The notes under the pieces: generated by a model | Databases searched by the model: none | The model's input: the letters and a program-made list of their open reading frames with translations, nothing else | What the model was told of the DNA's origin: nothing | NCBI GenBank assembly: GCA_965116795.1 | Contig: OZ220716.1 | Span: forward strand, 2,090,503 to 2,154,502 | DNA from: Gammaproteobacteria bacterium | Lineage (GTDB): Bacteria > Pseudomonadota > Gammaproteobacteria > JAJFKG01 | Direction: 5' to 3' | Length of the DNA stretch: 64,000 bases | Translations under genes and position numbers: made by a program | Shown here: positions 19,268-28,651 of the stretch, in pieces | Numbering within the stretch: the stretch's first letter is position 1 | Layout of the letters: each line of letters starts with the position of its first letter

Positions 19268-19381
19268 AATAACCACAGCATCAGTTAAAACTGCTGCAAT
19301 TTACAGTGTTTTTTTACTGGCTATAAACCGCATACCAAGCATTAATTACGACACCTTGAAAAATAAAGAAGGAATACTACC

Positions 19382-19681
19382 ATGTCAACGCATATCGAAA
19401 ATCGCACGCCAATTATTTTCTACACGCACAACACCCGTTGCAATGATGACGAGTTGCGCATCTTATTAACAAACTTTGAAATGACACTGCAATATGTGGC
19501 TAATTTCAAAAATACGGTGTTTAGATTTAACTTCAAGCATTCGATGCCAACACACAGTTTGTTATTTCCGTTTAATTTAACGATGAAACGTCATTGCATT
19601 GATAGCCAGTGGCAATGGCACGGCGTGTTTAAACACCACAGCGGTTTGAAGCGGCTGCATGTTATGGGAATATTAGTGTAA
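19382..19681 (+). CDS. Hypothetical protein, paralog B
   Basis: AAGGA RBS. Stop overlaps the lysozyme start. Shares NT.C, PF.LTM and QW.GVF motifs with paralog A. Confidence 0.7.
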   Translation: MSTHIENRTPIIFYTHNTRCNDDELRILLTNFEMTLQYVANFKNTVFRFNFKHSMPTHSLLFPFNLTMKRHCIDSQWQWHGVFKHHSGLKRLHVMGILV

Positions 19682-20118
19682 TGCGACATGTAACCGCGAG
19701 AGGATTGAATCTGATTAAACAATTTGAGGGATTTAGTTCAATCGTGTATATGTGCCCTGCTGGATATCCAACGATTGGATATGGTCATCTCGTCAAATCA
19801 GGTGAAGATTTCGGGGGCGGTATTAATCGACAGCAAGCAGAATTGTTATTGCGTCGTGATGTGCAAGTTGCAGAACGTGTGGTGCTGCGTTTGATTAATG
19901 TACCACTGACAGATGGGCAATTTGATGCGTTGACATCATTCACGTTTAATTTGGGGGCGGGTGCCCTACAACGTTCAACACTGCGGCGTAAAGTCAATTG
20001 TGAAGAGCATGATGAAGTGCCGGATGAATTTAAACGGTGGGTGTATGTTAGGGGGCGGAAATTATCAGGATTAGTGAAGCGCAGACAACTTGAAGCGAAG
20101 ATTTACTTAAATAGCTAG
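19681..20118 (+). CDS. Phage lysozyme/endolysin (GH24)
   Basis: IKQFEGF...Y.CPAGYPTIGYGH, QFDALTSFTFNLG, GLVKRR..E. Confidence 0.93.
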   Translation: MRHVTARGLNLIKQFEGFSSIVYMCPAGYPTIGYGHLVKSGEDFGGGINRQQAELLLRRDVQVAERVVLRLINVPLTDGQFDALTSFTFNLGAGALQRSTLRRKVNCEEHDEVPDEFKRWVYVRGRKLSGLVKRRQLEAKIYLNS

Positions 20119-20501
20119 ATGAGCATCAGAATGTAACTACCTGGGCATGCGGAATAATAATTACAAATAGAGCGTATTATGCCAGATATCAGTAGAGGTG
20201 TTTTGTTTAAACGTTTACGACAACATTTCATGATGAGATTGGTATTGTAATACTTAAATGCTTTCGTGTATTATGCAATGGATGACAGGAGTTATGTGTT
20301 TGTTTCCATTAAAATATTTCACTATGTAGTGTCAGCGTATTCATTCTTTAGAGCTTAATTCCCTCCATGTTAGTGAATGGCTGTGTTCTATTGTCATCGA
20401 GTTGGTAGCATTGAAGCTGGCTGTAACTACGTGTCTAAACTCGGCATTTACAGCTAATCATCAGCTAAGTTTGCTGGTCTAAGGATGATAAGGATTTCTA
20501 C

Positions 20502-23500
20502 ATGAAAACTCAAAATTTCGGTTTCGTCAACTTGAAGCTCAAGCAAGCTCTCGACTGCGCCCTAGCTTCTCCCCGCCCCTCCGTGCGCCTGGCGTTAAAA
20601 AATTACCAAAAGAATCGAGAAAACGGGTCTTCTGTGTGCGCTCCACAACAACTGCTCCCAAGTGGGGGGTTAGAAGACTGCGAAGATTTTTATGAAGAAT
20701 TTGATTGGGAAAAAGATGAGGAACGAGGCTATCCTACACAAGATAGTAAAGGTAAACGAGAAAGATACTGGTTTATCGTTAAGCATAAACAATCCAGTCT
20801 GCGTATCGAAGGCTTTTATCAAGAGCCAAATTATGGCAAGGGTTATCCCGACAAAGGTGGACATTATCATGTCGTTATTGTTTTTACCGACACTGAAAAT
20901 TCAGCTATCCGTGCCTGGGAAGTGCAAAAAGACTTAAATCATCTTGAATATGCTTATGAAAACGACCGTGAGTTATACAATCGAGAAATAGCTGACCTTA
21001 AGCGTCAAAATGACCCCAACGGTATCCTCCCATTACATGAGGCCAGACAACGTGAGCGTGGCATTGTAATCGGTGATGAACCACAAATTAGCCTGGCTAA
21101 CTTATCGCAACGCGTTGCCACATTAGAAGAGCAGGTAGAAGGTCTATCAATATCAGGTGATGTAGGTCCGGTACGTCAGCGCAGTGACACTAAAAGTAGC
21201 CGCAGTAAGAAGAAAAAAGCAGAGGGCCCGTCACTTTCAAGCAGTGAAGCCGTTTTACCCGCCCTATCAGAAGCATCTCTGCAAGAGCGACTTGCACAAG
21301 CACAACAACACGCTGAAGCGCTGCAAAGCCAGTTAACAGAGTTCAAAGAGCAGCATGAACGGCATATAGAACAACAGCAAGCTGAGCTTGAAAAAGTCAA
21401 TGCCAGTATTATTGAGTACAAACAGCAACCTCGCTCAAGTCAAGGGCCTTCACCCGACGTGCAAGCGGCGTTAACAGGATTATATCAACGCCAACAACAA
21501 TTAACCCAAGTACTATTGCCATTACACGAAAAGCATGAGCAACAATTACAACGCCAACAACAACTCGCCTACATCACAGGCCATCCCAATGATAGCATTC
21601 AAGTGTTTTATGATGTGGTATTCCGGCGGTTAAACCGCTTATTTCTGATGCTATCGATTGCCAGCACCCAAGCGTTTGTGTTGCGCAAAGATACGTGGCA
21701 ACACTTGATATTCGGTGGTGAGCAATTGGTACTTGGCGTAGCAGAGCAGTTAATCGACGTATTAGCACTAGCCGGAGAAGCGGTTCCCTTGGTCAGCCCT
21801 GGGATTAAGCTGTTAGCCGGTATCGCTAAGGGGTTGTACAACAAATACCGTGACTACCAGATTAAACTCGGAGCTGCATCGCTTGATGGCAGTTTAGTGA
21901 ATAATGAATATTTAGCCCAAGAGGTGGCGATGTTGTTAGCGTATCGCTATGAGCCAGCATTGACCGGTTTAATGCGTTCACAACAACATGATGACGCTGG
22001 ACACATACAAATTAGCCCAGACAGTGTAGAGATGTTGGGGTTGTATGCCGCGGGGAAAATCATCAAAGGTTTACTCAGTGGTAAAGTACCGGCAGGGTTA
22101 ACCGGTGACAATGCGATTAGTGCATTGTTGCAATTAGTCTCAGAAGAAAAACTGAAAGAACATACTATCATGATTCGAGTAGGCTTCATTGAACAAGCAG
22201 TAAGACTGCCTGGGATGCAGCAACGGTTAACCCGTGAAAACGGAACAACTATCTGTGCTGAATCGTTATTGCGCAAGAAAACAGGCATCATGATGCGTGA
22301 TGAAAATCCAGCCACTGATACCGTGACGATTTACTTGCGCCGCCCATTACGTCAAGATGTCAGTGATGAAGATGTTGCACGCTACGGATATCGCTGGACA
22401 ACAGCTAAAGAAATAGCGTCAAGTCAGTTTATATTACATCATCAACCTATTGTTGCGTCGCTGAGTCAGCCAGGCAATGCGGCACAATCCTCTAGCACAC
22501 ACTACAGTCAACATGTTATAGCTGTTGCCGAGCGTTTATCAAAGCTGCCTGATGTTGCCTTGATAGGTGACAGTGAAGCGGCCAAGCAACGAGCTAAAGA
22601 AATCGAAGAGCAGCAGGCTAGGGCCAAGAGACAAGCTGAACAAGAAAAGAAACTAGAAGAAGCCAAACAACAAGCCGATGAAAAAGCTAAGAAGCATCAA
22701 GACAAACAATCTAAAAAACCAACACAAAGCAATCAGTCAGGCCAGCCCTCTGGCAGTGGTATTTGTTCGTCGAGTTCATTGACGAGTTTTCCAGGTAGTG
22801 CCGCAGATAATGACCCTGCAGATGACGATACCCTAGCCGATGCATTATCAACGTTTCCTCGTTCTGACTCAGTGCAAACATTCAGCCATGGTGAATTGAG
22901 GCAATCAGACTCCGCTTGGAATGAAATGACTGACAATGGGATTATGTTGGAGGATGACAACACATGGTTGCAAGATACCGCATTGCCAACTGCCATAGAT
23001 AGTAGACGGTCATCACAATCATCGTCATTGGTATTAATGAAGTCCACTCAGCAACAATTGGATGAAATGAGCCAACGTACAGAACAGCAATTGCAAACAC
23101 TGGCAAAACAGCAACAAGAACACTTGAGTGCATTGAGTATTGTACAAAGTCGCAGTGATGCAAAATTGCAAATAACTGAAGAAGCCTTAACTCAAAAAGC
23201 TGACGTGAAGGCACTAGAGCAAGCTTATGCTAGGATTTCTGAGCTTGAAGTAGCGTTAAAAAACATGACCGAGGAAAAAGAAACAATTCAAACTGCAAAA
23301 GAAAAAATGTTGGAAGAATTTGAAGGAAAGTTAGATGATACATTAGAGCGAGCAGAAATTGCTGAAAAACGCGCAGAACAAGCTGAAGTCAGTGCAAAGC
23401 AATTTAAAGACCGCTTAGAAACAGCAGAACAAATAGCCACTAATACGCAAGCGGCCTTTGCACAACATCAAATAGATATGCGAGCACAATTAGATGCGAC

Positions 23501-23870
23501 GTTATTACAGGTGCGTCAGTTTATGAGTAGTGCAATGGGGCTAGGACTCATTGGCAATCAACAACAAGCGTCACTGATGCCCGCACCAATGATGCCAACT
23601 CCAGATGCAAACATGCCTAATGTGTCAACGAATCAAGCTGGTATGTTCTCTCACCCAAGTCCATTAATGTCACCCAGTCAAGCAGCGACAGCACCAGCCA
23701 ATCAACCATTAGCCAGCGCGCCTGAATCTGAACAAGTCGCTCAACCGGCCGCAAGACAACAATTACCAGCAACACCGACTGATGATCAACCGCCTGTAAA
23801 GAATGACGGCGACAGTAAAGCTACATCAAGTCAATCGTCAGAGACACCGTCTCTGGCTAATTTCAGCTAG
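20502..23870 (+). CDS. Large coiled-coil, effector-like hypothetical protein
   Basis: 1122-aa open frame. Globular N-domain, Gln-rich coiled coils, central hydrophobic helices, Ser/Pro-rich tail with GMFS. Confidence 0.7.
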   Translation: MKTQNFGFVNLKLKQALDCALASPRPSVRLALKNYQKNRENGSSVCAPQQLLPSGGLEDCEDFYEEFDWEKDEERGYPTQDSKGKRERYWFIVKHKQSSLRIEGFYQEPNYGKGYPDKGGHYHVVIVFTDTENSAIRAWEVQKDLNHLEYAYENDRELYNREIADLKRQNDPNGILPLHEARQRERGIVIGDEPQISLANLSQRVATLEEQVEGLSISGDVGPVRQRSDTKSSRSKKKKAEGPSLSSSEAVLPALSEASLQERLAQAQQHAEALQSQLTEFKEQHERHIEQQQAELEKVNASIIEYKQQPRSSQGPSPDVQAALTGLYQRQQQLTQVLLPLHEKHEQQLQRQQQLAYITGHPNDSIQVFYDVVFRRLNRLFLMLSIASTQAFVLRKDTWQHLIFGGEQLVLGVAEQLIDVLALAGEAVPLVSPGIKLLAGIAKGLYNKYRDYQIKLGAASLDGSLVNNEYLAQEVAMLLAYRYEPALTGLMRSQQHDDAGHIQISPDSVEMLGLYAAGKIIKGLLSGKVPAGLTGDNAISALLQLVSEEKLKEHTIMIRVGFIEQAVRLPGMQQRLTRENGTTICAESLLRKKTGIMMRDENPATDTVTIYLRRPLRQDVSDEDVARYGYRWTTAKEIASSQFILHHQPIVASLSQPGNAAQSSSTHYSQHVIAVAERLSKLPDVALIGDSEAAKQRAKEIEEQQARAKRQAEQEKKLEEAKQQADEKAKKHQDKQSKKPTQSNQSGQPSGSGICSSSSLTSFPGSAADNDPADDDTLADALSTFPRSDSVQTFSHGELRQSDSAWNEMTDNGIMLEDDNTWLQDTALPTAIDSRRSSQSSSLVLMKSTQQQLDEMSQRTEQQLQTLAKQQQEHLSALSIVQSRSDAKLQITEEALTQKADVKALEQAYARISELEVALKNMTEEKETIQTAKEKMLEEFEGKLDDTLERAEIAEKRAEQAEVSAKQFKDRLETAEQIATNTQAAFAQHQIDMRAQLDATLLQVRQFMSSAMGLGLIGNQQQASLMPAPMMPTPDANMPNVSTNQAGMFSHPSPLMSPSQAATAPANQPLASAPESEQVAQPAARQQLPATPTDDQPPVKNDGDSKATSSQSSETPSLANFS

Positions 23871-23941
23871 AAAATCAGCATATTATTTAGTTTCACTTTT
23901 AGCAAAAATCCGGCGCATTTAAGTCTATACACCGCCAGCCA
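23868..23941. repeat. Direct repeat copy 1 (about 74 bp, palindromic core)
   Basis: Core 23894-23941 matches 26144-26191 at 44 of 48 positions. TAGAAAATCAG also begins both copies. Confidence 0.85.
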
Positions 23942-24218
23942 ATTAACCTGCTGAAATTGTAATAAATATTTTTGGTTTGTGGTGTCTTGCAGTTTCAATT
24001 AGTTGTACGCGAGGTACGGGGTTTTGGGTTGATGAATTTTGACAATTCAAGTGGATTTCTCGCATCTAAAATTGCAAATCATCTAAAAATTTCGGGTTTT
24101 AGCAGATCGTTCGTGGTCAATGATATTTAGATATTTGCTATTAAAATGATCTGTAAGTCTAACCAGTAAAAAATTAACAGATAAACTACAAGTAGGATAA
24201 ATAGAAAAAGTAAAATAA

Positions 24219-26000
24219 TCAGACTTCTTTTTCTGAAGAGTTACGCAAAGTAAAATCTTCTTTTTTCATAGTTTTTGATGTGAAAAATTCTTGATATTCT
24301 TTATTGGTTGACACGGTAGTATTGCCTAAAATATATCTTGAAAAAGGTAGCCATAGGTGCTCAGGAGATTTTTTACTAATTTCCCTAATATGTGAATCCC
24401 ATTCAAGAATTTTTTGAAGAAAAATTTTTACACTTTCTTCTTCCTCAAGATTTTCTTTTAGTGAACCCCAAAAAATTTCAATATCATCAAGAGATAGAAA
24501 AATACAATGCTTAAGTAAATTAGCTTTTAACAAACTTTTAGATGCCGTAATTTCCTCAGTTAAATATCCGTTTGTCACAACATCCAAAAGATGAAAGTTC
24601 CCCATATAACGCTCAGTAACTAATATAGGAATAATATTTACATGTTTTTGTCTTTTTGAACTTTCATTTTTAATATAATTTGCTAAGTTGAACAGTTTTC
24701 CTTTGGGTTTAGATTTTTTAGGATAAAATAGAACTCTATTAATTGATTTTTTAAGCTTTTCTCTGCACCATAAAGCTTCTCGAGGAAAAGACTCTGTAGT
24801 AAATTCGAAAATAATAATACTATTTTCTATTTTCAAAATACCATCACACTGTCCATTTCTCCCTATTTCAATATATTTTTCTCCAAAAATTTTTCTCATC
24901 AGAATGTGAAAATAATTCACTTCCATAAGTTCACCATATTTATTACCAAAAGCATTGTAGTATTTTTTATCTTCAATTTTTGGTTTTACTCGATATTTTG
25001 TGCCTATAGTCATTAAATTAAATAATGAATGCATATCAGGTATAATAATTTGACCATCACGCATAATAAAAAAAGGCAACTCATATACATACCTTTCTAA
25101 ATCAAATAAGCTAGTAACAGACTCTACTGGGGTTTTACTTTTAACAAGTTCACTTAAAAATAGAGGGATAGCACTAAATCCCTTTTCAAGAAAATATTCA
25201 GTATACATAAAATCTGGATAATCATTACGTTCGTGTGTAAAAAAATTAAATACAACAAACATTAATAGATATTTATAGCAATTTGAATTCCCTGGATGAC
25301 TTAAATCAAGATCTTCATTTATAATACTATCTATATTATTTTCTCCCGAACAAAAAACTTTTTCATATCGAGAAATCCAGCGCATATAAAAATCTTTGGG
25401 TATTGCTTCTTGAGAAAAACAAACATCAAAAGAAGGATAATTTCGCAAAATCTGCAAATAAATATCTATCATATCTAAATCATTAGAACTATCTTTTTTC
25501 TCTATTAACTCTATATTTATATTTGAATGTAAACCGTCATCAAAAAATTCAATTTTATTATTAGCTAATGCAATTAGCCTAATAAAATTATCCATCATTT
25601 GCTTTGAATCCGAGTTTTTATAAGATATTAGATTAGCACTACCACGAGTAAATAAATAGTACAAAAACATGATGGAATATCTATTTAGTAAAAATCTCCT
25701 ATTTTTGTCAGGAAGATTACAACCAACTAATGCACCTTTGCAATTTTCAAGAAGAGTATTATTAACTTGAACTATGCCATAATGATAAGAATTTCTAATA
25801 AGGAGTGCTATTTGTTTAAGCCCAAAACTCGGATCAATTTTTACAAAATAATTTTCTATTAATTCATCTATAGTGTCTTCCACAATGTGACTTCTTGCGG
25901 GTAATATTAAATTCCCTATTTGAACATTCAAATACAAATCCTGATACAGTAAATTTGTCGTTGCTATTAAATAATTTCGATTTGCGCTATTTTGTAGCAT
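24219..26000 (-). CDS. Low-GC hypothetical protein with C-terminal PD-(D/E)xK/NERD-like nuclease motif
   Basis: YGELME...QCDGILKIENSIIIFEFT. Strongly AT-rich compared with the flanks. Confidence 0.55.
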   Translation of the reverse strand: MLQNSANRNYLIATTNLLYQDLYLNVQIGNLILPARSHIVEDTIDELIENYFVKIDPSFGLKQIALLIRNSYHYGIVQVNNTLLENCKGALVGCNLPDKNRRFLLNRYSIMFLYYLFTRGSANLISYKNSDSKQMMDNFIRLIALANNKIEFFDDGLHSNINIELIEKKDSSNDLDMIDIYLQILRNYPSFDVCFSQEAIPKDFYMRWISRYEKVFCSGENNIDSIINEDLDLSHPGNSNCYKYLLMFVVFNFFTHERNDYPDFMYTEYFLEKGFSAIPLFLSELVKSKTPVESVTSLFDLERYVYELPFFIMRDGQIIIPDMHSLFNLMTIGTKYRVKPKIEDKKYYNAFGNKYGELMEVNYFHILMRKIFGEKYIEIGRNGQCDGILKIENSIIIFEFTTESFPREALWCREKLKKSINRVLFYPKKSKPKGKLFNLANYIKNESSKRQKHVNIIPILVTERYMGNFHLLDVVTNGYLTEEITASKSLLKANLLKHCIFLSLDDIEIFWGSLKENLEEEESVKIFLQKILEWDSHIREISKKSPEHLWLPFSRYILGNTTVSTNKEYQEFFTSKTMKKEDFTLRNSSEKEV

Positions 26001-26116
26001 TTCAAATACACTTTTGATATAAATTATTACCCATTAATTTTACATGTTTATAGGTATTCATGCTATTTTACAAAAATATGCCGCATTTGCAGCTTAAAAA
26101 ATTATAAATGATCATT

Positions 26117-26191
26117 TAGAAAATCAGTTAATTATCCACCGTCCACTTTTAGCAAAAAATCGGCGCATTTAAGTCTATGCACCGCCAGTCA
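26117..26191. repeat. Direct repeat copy 2
   Basis: See copy 1. Palindrome CGGCGCATT-TAAGTC-TATGCACCG at 26161-26184. Confidence 0.85.
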
Positions 26192-26194
26192 CTT

Positions 26195-26312
26195 TTCGCT
26201 AACCTTTCTCAAGCCAACCAAATGAACGTTCTACTACCCAACATTTGGGTATCACAGCAAATTTGTGTAACTCACTGCGCTTAGCTATTTCCACGGTTGC
26301 ATCGATAACATC
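26195..26312 (-). pseudogene. IS5-family transposase fragment
   Basis: Minus strand reads DATVEIAKRSELHKFAVIPKCWVVERSFGWLEK, the WVVERSFxWL motif. Truncated on both sides. Confidence 0.75.
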
Positions 26313-26388
26313 GGTAACCCTCCCATAAAATAGACCTGTTTATAAGTAGAATATTCTGATAATTTATTACTCATCAGGAGATTTTGCG

Positions 26389-26676
26389 ATGAAGAAAAGT
26401 AAATTGAGCACGACCCAAATAGTAACGATGTTGTCGGAAGGAGAAGCGGGATTATCGGCAGGGGATTTATGCCGCAAATATCAGATTTCGTCTGCGACCT
26501 ATTATAAGTTAAGAAGTCAATATGCGGGTATGAGTGTGTCTGAGCTAAAACGCTTAAAGGAACTAGAGGCAGAGAATCAGCGATTAAAAGCGATGTATGC
26601 TGATATTAGCTTGGAACATAAGATATTAAAAGAGGTACTTGAAAAAAAGTATCCAGAGCTGCTAGACGAGAATTAG
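26389..26676 (+). CDS. IS3 transposase OrfA (HTH)
   Basis: LCRKYQISSATYY and LKRLKELEAENQRLK. A AAA AAG slippery site at 26643-26649. Confidence 0.9.
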   Translation: MKKSKLSTTQIVTMLSEGEAGLSAGDLCRKYQISSATYYKLRSQYAGMSVSELKRLKELEAENQRLKAMYADISLEHKILKEVLEKKYPELLDEN

Positions 26677-26702
26677 TCAGTGCAATTTGCCAGAGATATT
26701 CA

Positions 26703-27506
26703 TTGAGTATTAATCGCAGTTGCCAACTGATGTCTATCAGCAAGACAGGGTATTACTACAAGAGCAAGAAGCATACATCAGATGGAGAAATATTATCTTA
26801 TTTGCTTAATTTAACAGACAAGTATACACGTTGGGGATTTGACAAGATGATGTTGAAAGTTAAACAAGAGCAAAGAGGTTGGAACCATAAACGTGTTTAT
26901 CGAGTTTACCGTGAACATGGGTTAAATATTAGGATAAAGCCTCGTAAACGATTAGCCAAAGGAGAAGCAAAGATGTTGTTGCAACCTATTGCCAGGAATA
27001 TCTGTTGGTCGATTGATTTTATGTCAGATGCATTAGCATGTGGCACTAAGTTTAGAACGTTTAATGTTATTGATGATTATAACCGTGAATGTTTGCTGAT
27101 TGAGGCAAGTTATTCTTTTCCAGCCAAGCGAGTAACGCAATTGCTTGACCAAGTTGCCATAACCCAAGGTTATCCAACAATGATACGTGTTGACCACGGG
27201 CCAGAATTTGAGTCTTATCATTTCAAGGAGTGGGCTAAGCAACATCACATATTGCTTCACTTCATTCAGCCTGGCAAGCCAGCACAAAATGGATTTATTG
27301 AGCGTTTTAACCGTACGTATCGTGAAGATGTATTGGACATGAACTTGTTTAGAAATTTTAATGAAGTCAGAAAAATTACTCAGCAGTGGATCAACTGCTA
27401 CAACCAAGATAGGCCACATGAATCGTTGGCTGGACTGTCTCCTGTGCAGTTCAGACAATACCGGAAACAAATCACAGGCAATGAGAAATTTTCTACTGTA
27501 GACTAG
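26703..27506 (+). CDS. IS3 transposase OrfB (DDE), joined to OrfA by -1 frameshift
   Basis: WSIDFMSD, IRVDHGPEF, PGKPAQNGFIERFN. Confidence 0.92.
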   Translation: MSINRSCQLMSISKTGYYYKSKKHTSDGEILSYLLNLTDKYTRWGFDKMMLKVKQEQRGWNHKRVYRVYREHGLNIRIKPRKRLAKGEAKMLLQPIARNICWSIDFMSDALACGTKFRTFNVIDDYNRECLLIEASYSFPAKRVTQLLDQVAITQGYPTMIRVDHGPEFESYHFKEWAKQHHILLHFIQPGKPAQNGFIERFNRTYREDVLDMNLFRNFNEVRKITQQWINCYNQDRPHESLAGLSPVQFRQYRKQITGNEKFSTVD

Positions 27507-27523
27507 TTTTATAAATGGGGGGT

Positions 27524-28360
27524 TTACAATACATCTCTAATCACAGCATTAAATATTACATCTGTATCAGCTGCTTGTGTAAAATATTGCTTAATCTGAC
27601 CTTCAACAGTTTTCTCCAACTCATCCACATGCTGTTGACCTACTTGCATGACATAATATTCTTGTAGAAATCTTTTAATTTGTACTTCTGCTTCTTGAGG
27701 TGATAATTGTACACCTCCATTTTGATAATATATAAAAGCCTGTGCATACGACGGATTTTGCGTACGTTTTTGAGGACTACTCTGTTCAACCAAACTACGG
27801 TCGCACATTACTGAATTCTCTTTAATTATTTTAATAATTTTGGAGTAAAGAGAATTGACTTTTCTATCTTGAAAAAAATAATCTGTAAAAACGTAGCCTG
27901 CTTTTGCTTGGCAAAAAGCAATTTTATTGTTTGTGTTTAGCTTTGGCTTCAAAGCATCACAAAAATTTCGATCTGTATAATAAATACAATTATGTGTTGG
28001 GTCTTTCTTAATAAAAAGATACCAATCATCAAAATATTTATAAATTTCAAATTTTCCTATTTTCGTTGTGAAGTCACTTTCTGTTAACTTTTCAGTATTA
28101 TCATTAGCGTGCTTTAATTGTAAAAATAATTTTCTTTCTACTTTTTTAGCTTTATCTAAATACTCAATAACAACATCATCTAAAGCGCCTACGCCAGCCA
28201 ATTCCAACATCGCATTGAATTGTCTACCTCGCTGTAGTGCATCTAACATATAATTTAATATCACTAAAACTTGATAATAAGGCCCACCTAAAGATTGCTT
28301 TAAACTGTCTCTTGTTTGATAATTTGGCATATGCTTCCCCATAATATGGTACATTAACAT
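27524..28360 (-). pseudogene. 3'-truncated protein with N-terminal PD-(D/E)xK (Cap4/DUF4297-like) nuclease motifs
   Basis: G.YYQ...E..G.GALDDVV...LQLKH. The stop codon lies inside the IS3 right IR. Confidence 0.6.
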
Positions 28361-28651
28361 TAAACAACATTAGCCTTTATGTAATAATTATTTAAGGCAT
28401 TTAACTAATAGTAATTGTGTAAAATTATGGGACTTAAAATGCATTTGGAAAGTGTTAGATTTCCCTCTCCCGCGAATTTAGATGAGTAGTGCTATTTGAA
28501 TTTCCAACCAGGAGAGAGCTCGATTCAAACACAAGTAAACAAAATAAAATATAAATCAAACTTTTTCAATAAAAAAGTTCATATAGCAACCCTATGAAGG
28601 TGCTTGTAGTACCATTTAGAGAATAAATATAAACCTTTTGGAGTTGGCAAA

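Larger units (their letters stand above)
26313..27528 (+). mobile_element. IS3-family insertion sequence
   Basis: Imperfect IRs GGTAACCCTCCCAT / ATGGGGGGTTTACA, orfA plus orfB. No matching target duplication. Confidence 0.9.

Noticed and set aside
19025-19270. CRISPR mini-array
   Set aside because: The units are too degenerate and unevenly spaced, and there are no cas genes. Kept only as a hairpin triad.
1-20118. Gene transfer agent or tailocin instead of a prophage
   Set aside because: A lambda-E-type capsid, a long tape measure and multiple morons favour a prophage. The left half is out of view, so this cannot be settled fully.
17840-20500. Spanin genes (Rz/Rz1)
   Set aside because: No lipoprotein or inner-membrane spanin ORF is recognisable near the lysozyme. 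They may lie outside the window, so absence is not claimed.
24018-24070. GGGG-starting Tn3-like inverted repeat
   Set aside because: It lacks the conserved ACG..AAG inner motif at 38 bp and has no partner end.
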